A DNA stretch of 64,000 bases from an uncultured Chloroflexia bacterium. GTDB taxonomy: Bacteria > Chloroflexota > Limnocylindria > Limnocylindrales > CSP1-4. Location: contig CAVXPZ010000003.1 of assembly GCA_963763775.1 (NCBI GenBank), positions 480,001 through 544,000 of the forward strand, in the 5' to 3' direction. Shown here piece by piece: positions 40,786-49,110 of this stretch. Position 1 is the first letter of the stretch, and each line of letters opens with the position of its first letter. The notes under the pieces are model-generated. The model was given only the letters and a program-made list of their open reading frames with translations, ran no database searches and was not told the origin of the DNA. Position numbers and translations under genes: made by a program.

Positions 40786-41582
40786 GTCATCTCTCCCTTC
40801 GCCACCTTGGATCCAAGGCCGGCGGCGACCACCAGGCCGGCATTCGGGTAGGCGGCGATCAGCGCCGCCTCGAGCGCCGCACCGTCGCGCGACTCCGACA
40901 CGAGGGCTTCAAAGCTCTCGAGATACGCGCGGGTGTGGCTGATCGCCGTCGTGTCGGTGGGCGCGCCGGCCGCGCGGTGGCCGGCGACGACGAACGCCGG
41001 CGACAGCGCCAGCAGGTCCTCCAGTACGCGGATCCACTCGGCGCGGAGCTCGGTCGTCGCGGAATCAGCAGTCCAGACGTGCAGGCCCTCGAACAGGAGC
41101 ACCCCGCCGAAGAGCGAGCGGCTTCCCGGCTCCCAGAGGAACCACGCGCGATCGCCGAGCTGGTCGCTCCCGCGCCGGACCTGGATCGTGGTCCCGTCGA
41201 CCGTGAGGGTCGTCCCGCCGAGCTCCTCGATCTCGACGAGCCGTGTCGGCAGGTTGGCGCCGAGGTGCGCCCAGGCCTTCAGCTTTCCCTCGTAGCTGGC
41301 GCGGATATGGTCGATCACGTCGGCAGGGGCGACGAATCGGGCCTCGGGGAAGGCGTCGGCGATGACCTCGGCGCCGAAGTAGAAGTCCGGGTCGCCGGCG
41401 CTGATGACGACGGTGTGGAGCGTCCTGCCCGAGTCGAGGACGGCGGCTGCGATGCGGTGGCCGTCGGCGCGGGTGAAGGCGGCATCGACGACGAGGGCCT
41501 CGGTGTCACCGGCCACGAGGACGCTCGTCTTGTGGAGTGACGTCGGGGCGCTGTCGAGAATGGAATAGGTCAGTGCGGTCAT
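40776..41582 (-). CDS. MBL-fold protein (degenerate metal site)
   Basis: LVVDAAFT, ISAGDPDFYFG, LHVWTAD, VVAGH. Confidence 0.8.
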   Translation of the reverse strand: MTALTYSILDSAPTSLHKTSVLVAGDTEALVVDAAFTRADGHRIAAAVLDSGRTLHTVVISAGDPDFYFGAEVIADAFPEARFVAPADVIDHIRASYEGKLKAWAHLGANLPTRLVEIEELGGTTLTVDGTTIQVRRGSDQLGDRAWFLWEPGSRSLFGGVLLFEGLHVWTADSATTELRAEWIRVLEDLLALSPAFVVAGHRAAGAPTDTTAISHTRAYLESFEALVSESRDGAALEAALIAAYPNAGLVVAAGLGSKVAKGEMTWG

Positions 41583-41669
41583 GGTGTCCTTCACGGTGCA
41601 AGCGGCTGGAACGGCACGGTCAGCGTAAGACCGCAGGTCTTGTGGGTCACGGTCGGGACAGGGCGTACG

Positions 41670-42563
41670 ATGGTGAAAATGCGACAGACAGATCGACCCG
41701 GCATCCGCCCCGTCCAGTTCGCCTCGGGGCAGGAGGTCGTGGCCGGGATCGAGGTGATGACCCTGGCGACCATGCGTCGGCGCGCGGGCCTCTTGGAGTT
41801 CCGCGACCCTCAGCGCCTTGGGTTCGACCTCCTCATCCGAATCGACAGCGGCACGGCCGTCCACACGGTCGACCTCGTGGCCTACGACCTTGCCCCAGGC
41901 GACACGATGTGGATCCACGCGGGCCAGGTCCAGCAGTGGGGAGACATCGCCGCGATCGATGGGCCGGTGGTGCTGTTCACGCCCCAGGCTCTCGATGCGG
42001 ACACGCTCCTGCGGATCCGCGCCACGGGAATGGCGCTTCGAAGCGACTTTCCGATGGGATCTGCGGGGTCAGGCCAGGACCTCGCCTGGTCGTACTTGCG
42101 CCACTGTGCGTCGCTCGCCGCTGGGGTGCCGCAGGCCCTCGGGATCGCCCTCGTGGCCCGGTCGCTCGCGGCGCTGCTCTTGGAGCTAGTGGCTGGGGCG
42201 GTCGGCCCCGGAACGGCCCGTCGCCAACCCGCCGAGGACTTCCTCCGGCTGCGTGACGCGATCGAGGATGGCTTCACCACCGAGCACCGGGTCGCGGCGT
42301 ACGCGCGACGTCTCGGCTACTCGACCCGCACCGTCGACCGCCTCGCACGGGCCAACGCGGGCCTGACGGCGAAGGCCCTGATCGACGAGCGCGTGGTCCT
42401 CGAGGCGCAGCGGATGCTCGCTCACGGAGACGACTCGATCGCCGCGATCGGGGGTGCTCTGGGGTTCGACGATCCGTCCAACTTCTCGAAGTACTTCACC
42501 AAGCGTGTCGGCACCACGCCGGCGGCCTCCCGCCGGCGCGCCAGGGGAGAAGAGGCGACCTGA
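41670..42563 (+). CDS. AraC-family transcriptional regulator
   Basis: Cupin N-terminus; VAAYARRLGYSTRT, LGFDDPSNFSKYF; start approximate. Confidence 0.9.
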   Translation: MVKMRQTDRPGIRPVQFASGQEVVAGIEVMTLATMRRRAGLLEFRDPQRLGFDLLIRIDSGTAVHTVDLVAYDLAPGDTMWIHAGQVQQWGDIAAIDGPVVLFTPQALDADTLLRIRATGMALRSDFPMGSAGSGQDLAWSYLRHCASLAAGVPQALGIALVARSLAALLLELVAGAVGPGTARRQPAEDFLRLRDAIEDGFTTEHRVAAYARRLGYSTRTVDRLARANAGLTAKALIDERVVLEAQRMLAHGDDSIAAIGGALGFDDPSNFSKYFTKRVGTTPAASRRRARGEEAT

Positions 42564-42584
42564 TCCGCGTGGGCTGCGCGAGGC

Positions 42585-42998
42585 TCAAGCCCCGATGCGA
42601 ACGTTGAGTTGGAGCCCGAGGGCAACCCCCAGGACGATCCAGCCAAGTGCGCCGCCGACGAGCAGCAGGATCCGGGCAAGGTTCCGGTCGGTCGGCGAAG
42701 CATCGGCCGCGATCTGCTCCGAGAAGACGGCGAGGGCGGCGACCAGAAAGGCGATGATGCCGCCGACGAACGCGCCCGCGACGAACATCGCCAGGACGCC
42801 ACCGGTCACGGCGACGACGCGGACGAACCGCGTGGAGCGTGACGCGGTCTGGCCGTGACGCTTCTCGACGTCGGCTGTGCCGATGACGATCCCGGTTGCG
42901 ATGGCGAACGGCCACGCCCACAGCGTGAACGGGGCGAGCACTCCGATCGCGACTGCGACGACCAGGTGTCGTCCGATCTGGAATCCCGTGGTCTCCAT
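42585..42998 (-). CDS. Hypothetical membrane protein
   Basis: Several hydrophobic helices; no family recognised. Confidence 0.55.
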   Translation of the reverse strand: METTGFQIGRHLVVAVAIGVLAPFTLWAWPFAIATGIVIGTADVEKRHGQTASRSTRFVRVVAVTGGVLAMFVAGAFVGGIIAFLVAALAVFSEQIAADASPTDRNLARILLLVGGALGWIVLGVALGLQLNVRIGA

Positions 42999-43149
42999 TG
43001 GGCGCCTCGGCCGGACGGGTCCGCCGAACGGCGGACGGCATTGCCATGATGACGCGGCGGGCGCCCGGTCGTGACTTGCCTGCTCGACGGTGTTCGCTTT
43101 GCTGGCGAGGTCAGGGACATCCCAATGAAGCGAACGAATGCAAGTGTTC

Positions 43150-43248
43150 GTGGCGCGCCCGACAGGTGTTGGACGCGCGATTTCAACCTACACCATCCCG
43201 ATCGAGGGGCACGACGAGTGGCTGGCCGCTGCTAGGCGGCTGGCATGA
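43150..43248 (+). other. att-spanning peptide module, copy 2 (VARPTGVGRAISTYTIPIEGHDEWLAAARRLA)
   Basis: Homologous to 37862-37960; stop overlaps the ATG of the HTH gene (ATGA). Confidence 0.7.
43151..43166 (-). repeat. att-like duplication of the tRNA-Arg 3' end (middle copy)
   Basis: TGGCGCGCCCGACAGG. Confidence 0.9.
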
Positions 43249-43493
43249 GGGACGGGTACCAGCGCGGGGTGCTTCCGCCGCAGGCGACGCGGCGCCAGAT
43301 GGACGTGCTTGCCGCCTACGTCGCCGCCGGCGGGTCGGTCCACGACGCGGCCGATCTCGTGGGTATCAGGCCCAGCACCGTCAAGCGGCACCTCGCCGAC
43401 CTACGAGCGCGGTCGGGACTGACGACCGAGCAGCTGATCTATTCGGGCCGCGCCCTTGGTTGGCTCGTCGTCCCGAGCCTGGAGCCAGCGTGA
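43245..43493 (+). CDS. Small LuxR/sigma-region-4-type HTH protein
   Basis: TRRQMDVL...AADLVGIRPSTVKRHLADLRARSG. Confidence 0.75.
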   Translation: MRDGYQRGVLPPQATRRQMDVLAAYVAAGGSVHDAADLVGIRPSTVKRHLADLRARSGLTTEQLIYSGRALGWLVVPSLEPA

Positions 43494-43585
43494 TCTCTTG
43501 GATGCAGGCTGAGCCCCCGCGCGCGACCCCGAGTGCCCATCGCTCGCTCAAGCCGGACTATGCGCCAACCACTCTCGCTCCGCAG

Positions 43586-44293
43586 TCAGGCCGTGCCGAT
43601 GGGATCGGCACGGTCGGGCGACGCCCGGAGGCTGTCCAGACCGGCGAGGATCAGATCGAGACCGAAGTCGAACTCGCTGGCGAAGTCGTAGCCGGCCTTG
43701 CCCACGTGCTCGGCAACGGACTCGGCGAGGTAGGGATAGTCGTCAGCGGGGAACTGGCTGAGGATCTCGATCGCCAACTTGTCGACCTGGTCCGTGCTTT
43801 CGAAGGGCAGGGTCTGCTCTTGCAGCGCGAAGCCGAAGATGAAGCTGTCGAGCAGGGTGAAGGCGTGAACGGCCATCGCGACGGAGAAGCCAGCCTGCCG
43901 CAACGCCCCTATCACCATGTCGTGGTATCGCATGTTGCCCGGGCCTGGATGGACGCGGGACTGGATCACCCCCAGCGCCCAGCGGTGACGCGCGAGCACT
44001 TCGCGGATCGAGTTGGCTTGCTGACGCATCGCCCCTTTCCAGTCTGACCCTCCGGCGGTGACGTCGATCTCCTCGTACATCACGTCGACCATCGCGTCGA
44101 GCAGATCGTCCTTGTTCGCGAAGTGGTTGTAGAGCGCCATGGGGTATACCCCCAGCTCCTGGGCGACGTTCCGCATGCTGAGCGACTCGATCCCGCCTTC
44201 ATCAGCGAGCTTGATGGCCGTTCGGAGCACTCGCTGCCGGCTGAGTGGGACTCGTCGTCTGGTCCTCGATCGTTGCTTGACAGACATTTGCAT
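43586..44293 (-). CDS. TetR-family regulator (TetR_C type)
   Basis: LSRQRVL...LSMRNVAQELGVYPMALYNHFANKDDL; FDFGLDLIL. Confidence 0.92.
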   Translation of the reverse strand: MQMSVKQRSRTRRRVPLSRQRVLRTAIKLADEGGIESLSMRNVAQELGVYPMALYNHFANKDDLLDAMVDVMYEEIDVTAGGSDWKGAMRQQANSIREVLARHRWALGVIQSRVHPGPGNMRYHDMVIGALRQAGFSVAMAVHAFTLLDSFIFGFALQEQTLPFESTDQVDKLAIEILSQFPADDYPYLAESVAEHVGKAGYDFASEFDFGLDLILAGLDSLRASPDRADPIGTA

Positions 44294-44312
44294 CCCTCTC
44301 GGCACCTGGGTC

Positions 44313-44370
44313 TTGACGTATGTACGCTGTACATCTAATGTACGCCGTATTGGCGATGTACGCCGTACAT
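44313..44370. promoter_or_regulatory. Three tandem palindromic operators (18-bp period) with TTGACG -35
   Basis: ATGTACGCTGTACAT (44320), ATGTACGCCGTATTG (44338), ATGTACGCCGTACAT (44356). Confidence 0.8.
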
Positions 44371-44385
44371 TAGCAGGAGACCACC

Positions 44386-45414
44386 ATGAAGGCAATCGTT
44401 CAACCAACCTATGGCTCACCCGATGACCTGCAGCTGCGCGACATCGACCAGCCCACGATCGGCGACCACGACGTGCTGGTGCGCGTGCATGCCGCGTCGG
44501 TCAACACCGCCGACCGGCTCATCCTGCGCGGCCGCCCCTATCTGATGCGCGCCGCGGGCTCCGGACTCGGCTTTAGCCCGCGTCGACCCCAGTTCGCCGT
44601 CGCGGGCACGGACCTCGCCGGTCGTGTGGCGGCGGTAGGCAGTCTGGTGACCGCCTTCCGCCCCGGCGACGAGGTGTACGGGAGCGTCCCCGGCGCGATC
44701 GCGGAGTACGTCGCGGCGCCGGACACCGCCCTGGCGGCCAAGCCGTCGAGCCTCAGCTTCCAACAGGCCGCCGCGATGCCGCTGGCCGCGCTCACCGCAC
44801 TCCAGGGGCTTCGCGATGCCGGACAGGTCCAGCCCGGGCAGCGGGTTCTGATCAATGGGGCCTCGGGCGGCGTCGGCACCTATGCGGTGCAGATCGCCAA
44901 GGTCCTGGGCGCCGAGGTGACCGCGGTGACCAGCGGCCCGAACGTCGAGATGGTTCGATCACTCGGCGCCGACCACGTCATCGACTACACCAGCGAGGAC
45001 TTCACGGAGTCAGCCAGTCGGTATGACGTCATCCTGGACCTTGTGGGCAACCACTCACTGTCGGCTCGACGACGCGCGCTGACCGCGACGGGCACGCTGT
45101 TGCTGTCATACGTCGGTACCAACCGCTGGGTGGGGCCGTTCGGTCACATCCTGGCTGCCGTGGTGCTGACGCGGTTCACGAGCCACAGGATCGTCTCGTT
45201 CACGACCGCTCCGAGCAGTGCCGACCTGCTCGTCCTTGCGCAGCTGACAGACGACGGAAAGATCGTGCCGGTCATCGACCGGACCTACCGCCTCGACCAA
45301 GCAGCCGAGGCGATCCGCTACCTGGAACTCGGACGTGCCCGGGGCAAGGTCATCATCAGCATCAGCGACCGCGGCGCGCTGGCCGCGCTGACGCCGGCGA
45401 GTGTGGCGTCGTGA
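44386..45414 (+). CDS. NAD(P)-dependent MDR oxidoreductase (quinone reductase-like)
   Basis: VRVHAASVN, GTDLAG, INGASGGVG, GADHVIDY, GKVII. Confidence 0.9.
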   Translation: MKAIVQPTYGSPDDLQLRDIDQPTIGDHDVLVRVHAASVNTADRLILRGRPYLMRAAGSGLGFSPRRPQFAVAGTDLAGRVAAVGSLVTAFRPGDEVYGSVPGAIAEYVAAPDTALAAKPSSLSFQQAAAMPLAALTALQGLRDAGQVQPGQRVLINGASGGVGTYAVQIAKVLGAEVTAVTSGPNVEMVRSLGADHVIDYTSEDFTESASRYDVILDLVGNHSLSARRRALTATGTLLLSYVGTNRWVGPFGHILAAVVLTRFTSHRIVSFTTAPSSADLLVLAQLTDDGKIVPVIDRTYRLDQAAEAIRYLELGRARGKVIISISDRGALAALTPASVAS

Positions 45415-46067
45415 CGGCGCCAGCGATGCCAGTGGGGCCGTACGCGGCTCGTCTGACCATTGACTACCCCGAACGCCTTGATCGGGTCACGACCTTCTTT
45501 CGCCTGATCTGGGTCATACCGATCGCCATCGTGCTCGGAGTGATCACGGGGAGCGGGACCCAGATGATGGTCACCGCAGCCGGTGAGCAGATCGTCGGAG
45601 CCGGCGGTGGACTGCTCGCTGGCTTGGCTTTCGCCACGGCGCTGATGATCGTCATCCGCATGCGCTACCCGCGCTGGTGGTTCGACTTCGCACGGGAGCT
45701 GACCCGCTTCGGCGCCCGCGTCGGTGCCTACGTGGCCCTGCTCACGGACCGATATCCGTCCACTGTCGAGGAGCAATCGGTGCACCTCGAGATCGAGTAT
45801 CCAGAGGTCGATCGCGACCTGAACCGCTGGCTTCCACTGGTCAAGTGGTTCCTGGCGATCCCCCATTACGTCGCGCTGATCGTCCTGATCATCGGAGCGG
45901 CCCTCGCCATCGTGATCGCCTGGTTCGCGATCCTCATGACCGGGCGTTATCCCCAGCCGCTCTTCGACTACGTGGTCGGCGTCGGGCGGTGGAGCCTGCG
46001 CGTGAACGCCTACGCGTTCCTGCTCGTGACCGACCGCTATCCCCCCTTCAGCCTGAAAGCAGGGTAG
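45411..46067 (+). CDS. DUF4389-type membrane protein
   Basis: Internal duplication RYPxxxFD...R...AY..LLTDRYP. Confidence 0.8.
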   Translation: MTAPAMPVGPYAARLTIDYPERLDRVTTFFRLIWVIPIAIVLGVITGSGTQMMVTAAGEQIVGAGGGLLAGLAFATALMIVIRMRYPRWWFDFARELTRFGARVGAYVALLTDRYPSTVEEQSVHLEIEYPEVDRDLNRWLPLVKWFLAIPHYVALIVLIIGAALAIVIAWFAILMTGRYPQPLFDYVVGVGRWSLRVNAYAFLLVTDRYPPFSLKAG

Positions 46068-46069
46068 TC

Positions 46070-47227
46070 ATGCGAATCCTCCGAGAGCTCTCGCGGCGCA
46101 AGCTGCGCACGAGCCTGACCATCACCGGCATCACCATCGGCATCTGGGCACTCGTGGTGTTCAGTTCGCTGGCCAACCAGATCAACGGCCTCGTCGGCAT
46201 GGGCAGCGAATACTTCGCCGACAAGATCGTCGTCACCGACGGCGTGGCCTTCGGCTCGTCGCCGATGCGCCTCGACGACGTCGAGATCATCGCCGGCCTC
46301 GACGGCGTCGGTGCCGTCCAGCCCAAGGTCGAGATCCCGTGGGACCCCGATCCCGCTATCGGGTTCGGCGCGCCGGACTTCCTGGTCGGGACCATCCCGG
46401 GCGCCGACGCCGGGTTCGAGACGTTCACACCCGAGCTGGCCACGGGACGCCAGCTCATCGCCGAGGACACCGGCAACGTCGTGGTCCTGGGGTCGACCAT
46501 CGCCCGCAAGTACGGCGTCGTCGCCGGCGGGACGGTCGACATCCGAGGCGAGTCCTTCGAGGTCCTTGGGACCCTGCAACCCACCCTCAGCACGCCCGAC
46601 ACGAACGGCTTCATCCCGCTCTCGACGGCCCAGGCGCTGTACCTGGGCGACCTGCCCCCACTCGTCGCCGAGTCGCTCCAGGCGGACGAGCTGGCCAACC
46701 AGATCGTCGTCTTCCCCGAAGTCGGTGCCGACCCGACGACGGTGGCCGCGGCGATCGAGGCCGCGGTCGAGAACAGCGCGACCATGACCGGCGCCGAGTT
46801 CTCCAAGACGGTCGGCGCCACGACCGTGATCTTCAACGCGATCATCATCGGGGTGGCCGCCATCAGCCTCATCGTGGGCGGCCTGTCGGTGATCAACACG
46901 ATGGCCATGAGCGTGGCCGAGCGGACCCGCGAGATCGGCATCCGGCGGGCCATCGGCGGCTCCCGGCGACGCATCGTCCGCGAGCTCGTCGCCGAGGCCG
47001 GGGTCATCGGGCTGCTGGGCGGCCTGATCGGGCTCGGCCTGGGCGCTGCGGTCGTCGTCCTGGTCAACGAGGCCGGCCGATCGAGCGGCACCGTCCTCTT
47101 CGACCTCACCGCACAGACCGCGGCGTTCGCGGTCGGCTTCAGCACGATCCTCGGGATGGTGGCCGGGATCATCCCGGCCTGGACTGCCGCACGGCTCGAC
47201 CCGGTGTCGGCCCTGCGCTACGAATGA
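46070..47227 (+). CDS. MacB/FtsX-family ABC permease
   Basis: RKLRTSLT, NTMAMSVAERTREIGIRRAIG, LDPVSALRYE. Confidence 0.9.
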   Translation: MRILRELSRRKLRTSLTITGITIGIWALVVFSSLANQINGLVGMGSEYFADKIVVTDGVAFGSSPMRLDDVEIIAGLDGVGAVQPKVEIPWDPDPAIGFGAPDFLVGTIPGADAGFETFTPELATGRQLIAEDTGNVVVLGSTIARKYGVVAGGTVDIRGESFEVLGTLQPTLSTPDTNGFIPLSTAQALYLGDLPPLVAESLQADELANQIVVFPEVGADPTTVAAAIEAAVENSATMTGAEFSKTVGATTVIFNAIIIGVAAISLIVGGLSVINTMAMSVAERTREIGIRRAIGGSRRRIVRELVAEAGVIGLLGGLIGLGLGAAVVVLVNEAGRSSGTVLFDLTAQTAAFAVGFSTILGMVAGIIPAWTAARLDPVSALRYE

Positions 47228-47256
47228 CCAACGACCGAACGACGAAGGAGCGAACG

Positions 47257-47979
47257 ATGAACCTGATCGAAGCGACCGACCTGCGCAAGACCTACCGGCT
47301 GTCGCGCCGGACCAGCATCGATGCCCTGCAGGGTGTTGACGTCAGCATCGCCGCCGGCGAGATGGTGGCGATCATGGGGCCGTCAGGCTCCGGCAAGAGC
47401 ACGCTCATGCACCTGCTCGGGCTGCTCCACGCGCCGGATACCGACGACGGCCCGGCCCCGACCCTGCGCATCGATGGGGTCGATGCGACGACCCTCTCGG
47501 ACGGCGAGCGAACGTCCATCCGGGCTCGATCGATGGGCTTCGTGTTCCAGTCCTTCAACCTGGTCCCGACGCTCACCGCCGAGGAGAACGTGGCCCTCGC
47601 CGCCGAGTATGCCGGGACGTCCGGTTCGGCAGCCCGTGTGGCTGCGCGCGCCTCGCTGGCGTCGGTCGGCCTTGCCGAGCGAGCGGGGCACCGGCCGATG
47701 GAGTTGTCAGGGGGCGAGCAGCAGCGCGTGGCCATCGCCCGTGCCCTCGTGAACGACCCGAAGCTGATCCTCGGTGATGAGCCGACGGGCAACCTGGATT
47801 CATCCCGGGCCGCGGAAGTCCTGGGCCTGCTCCGTCGCTTCAACCGTGAGCGCGGGCAGACCGTGCTCATCGTCACGCACGACCAGGAGGTTGGCGCCGC
47901 CTGCGACCGGATCATCCGGATGCGTGACGGGCGGATCATCGCCGACGAGCGCGTGGCGGACCTGCAGGTTGCCGCATGA
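47257..47979 (+). CDS. MacB/LolD-family ABC ATP-binding protein
   Basis: GPSGSGKST, GFVFQSFNL, LSGGEQQR, DEPTGNLD. Confidence 0.92.
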   Translation: MNLIEATDLRKTYRLSRRTSIDALQGVDVSIAAGEMVAIMGPSGSGKSTLMHLLGLLHAPDTDDGPAPTLRIDGVDATTLSDGERTSIRARSMGFVFQSFNLVPTLTAEENVALAAEYAGTSGSAARVAARASLASVGLAERAGHRPMELSGGEQQRVAIARALVNDPKLILGDEPTGNLDSSRAAEVLGLLRRFNRERGQTVLIVTHDQEVGAACDRIIRMRDGRIIADERVADLQVAA

Positions 47980-48182
47980 CGGCCGGAACGATGCGCGATC
48001 TGATGCACGCCATCTACGACCGGATCACGGTCGCCGGCCCGGTGATCGTGGGTGTCCGGCTGACCCAGGCGGCCTACGCGCACGGATTGGCGCTGGCTCT
48101 GCCCGAAAGGGTTGAAATGGCGCGCCCGACAGGACTCGAACCTGCGACCTTTGGGTCCGGAACCCAACGCTCTATCCACTGA
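47976..48182 (+). pseudogene. Short ORF reading through att into the tRNA antisense; probable C-terminal remnant of the element recombinase
   Basis: DLMHAIYDRITVAGP...LALALPERVE-MARPTG-LEPATFGSGTQRSIH; in frame with the att-spanning MARPTG; recombinase identity is inferred, not shown. Confidence 0.5.
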
Positions 48183-48193
48183 GCTACAGGCGC
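48118..48193 (-). tRNA. tRNA-Arg(CCG)
   Basis: GCGCCTG acceptor stem, TAGCTCAGTGGATAGAGC D-arm, TTGGG-TTCCGGA-CCCAA anticodon arm, GGTTCGAGTCC T-arm, encoded CCA. Confidence 0.97.
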
Positions 48194-48245
48194 GCGAGCG
48201 CCAAGGATACGACGCCGGCAGGCGATCCGGCCCTGATCACCCGGA

Positions 48246-48424
48246 CAAAAGCCGAGGCCGGCTCCCGAAGGAACCGGCCTCGATGCTGTCCCGGTGAAGG
48301 AGTCCGCTTGAACGGACACTTCTGCCACGCGTCAAAGGCATCTATCACGTCGGCTGCACCGACTACCCTGACCCTACCTACCCATGACCTTGACGCTGGG
48401 GCAGCTTGGCTGACTGAGCAGCAT
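48246..48424 (-). ncRNA. Candidate ~180-nt small RNA (6S-like size, family not identified)
   Basis: TTGGAA-17-TAGGAT promoter (48457-48429); ends pair (ATGCTG/CAGCAT); internal stem CTGCC..GCGTCAAGG/CCTTTGACGC..GGCAG; intrinsic terminator; no convincing ORF. Confidence 0.65.
48247..48282 (-). terminator. Intrinsic terminator
   Basis: CGAGGCCGGTTCC-TTCG-GGAGCCGGCCTCG followed by GCTTTTGT. Confidence 0.8.
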
Positions 48425-48558
48425 CGATATCCTATCTCGTCAGGGGCCTTTTTCCAAGGGTTTTGTCAGGTTCGTCGGTATAAATTCCTTAACCTTTGTC
48501 GCGTCACACGTCGCGGTGACGACGTGCGCCGGTCATTGACGGCTCGGTCGGGCCCGGC

Positions 48559-49053
48559 TCAGGCCTCGTCGTGGATGGTCACCGACACCATCGCGACCGG
48601 CTCGTTCGGCAGGTCCCGGCCGTCGCGCGGGGCCGACACGATCTTGTCGACCACGTCGAGCCCCTTGGTGACCTGACCGAAGAGCGTGTAGTTCTTCGGC
48701 AGCTTGCCGGTCAGGTCGTCGGTGCAGATGAAGAACTGGCTGCCGTTGGTGTTCGGGCCCGCGTTGGCCATGGCCAGCGCGCCGCGAACGTAGTCGCCCT
48801 GGACCGGCTCGTCGGCGAACTTGTAGCCCGGGCCACCGGTGCCGACCCGGCTGCGCTCGAGCGCCGACTTCTTGCCGAACTGGCCGTCGCCGCCCTGGAT
48901 GACGAACCCGGGGATGACGCGATGGAAGATCACGTCGTCGTAGTAGCCCTTGCGCGCGAGGTCCGCGAAGTTCGCGGCCGCCTTCGGCGCGCTCTCGTCG
49001 TAGAGCTGGACCTCGATGTCGCCGATCTCCGTGGCGATGGTGGCCGTGGTCAT
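48559..49053 (-). CDS. Cyclophilin-type peptidyl-prolyl isomerase (cytoplasmic)
   Basis: FHRVIPGFVIQGGD, LAMANAGPNTNGSQFFI, YTLFGQV. Confidence 0.95.
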   Translation of the reverse strand: MTTATIATEIGDIEVQLYDESAPKAAANFADLARKGYYDDVIFHRVIPGFVIQGGDGQFGKKSALERSRVGTGGPGYKFADEPVQGDYVRGALAMANAGPNTNGSQFFICTDDLTGKLPKNYTLFGQVTKGLDVVDKIVSAPRDGRDLPNEPVAMVSVTIHDEA

Positions 49054-49110
49054 GGGCGTGACTCCTTCTTCGACTCGATGGCTTCGGGCTCGGGACCGCC
49101 TGGCGGCCGA

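Larger units (their letters stand above)
37863..43166. mobile_element. Distal tRNA-anchored integrated element(s), no integrase seen
   Basis: Bounded by 16-bp direct repeats of the tRNA 3' end; starts with the conserved tail-peptide + HTH module. Confidence 0.7.
43151..48133. mobile_element. Proximal tRNA-Arg-integrated element (~5 kb), integrase reduced to a remnant
   Basis: 16-bp direct repeats at both ends; visibly more A/T wobble bases than the flanking core genes. Confidence 0.75.

Noticed and set aside
36954-41582. Metallo-beta-lactamases (two MBL-fold genes)
   Set aside because: No signal peptides, and one lacks the HxHxDH motif; the fold alone does not imply beta-lactamase activity
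43131-43150. LexA (SOS) box next to the middle att site
   Set aside because: CGAAC...GTTCG arms are 10 bp apart rather than the 4 bp of the Gram-positive-type box
44313-44370. Mini CRISPR-like repeat array
   Set aside because: Spacers are only 3 bp, the units are palindromic operators between divergent genes, and there are no cas genes
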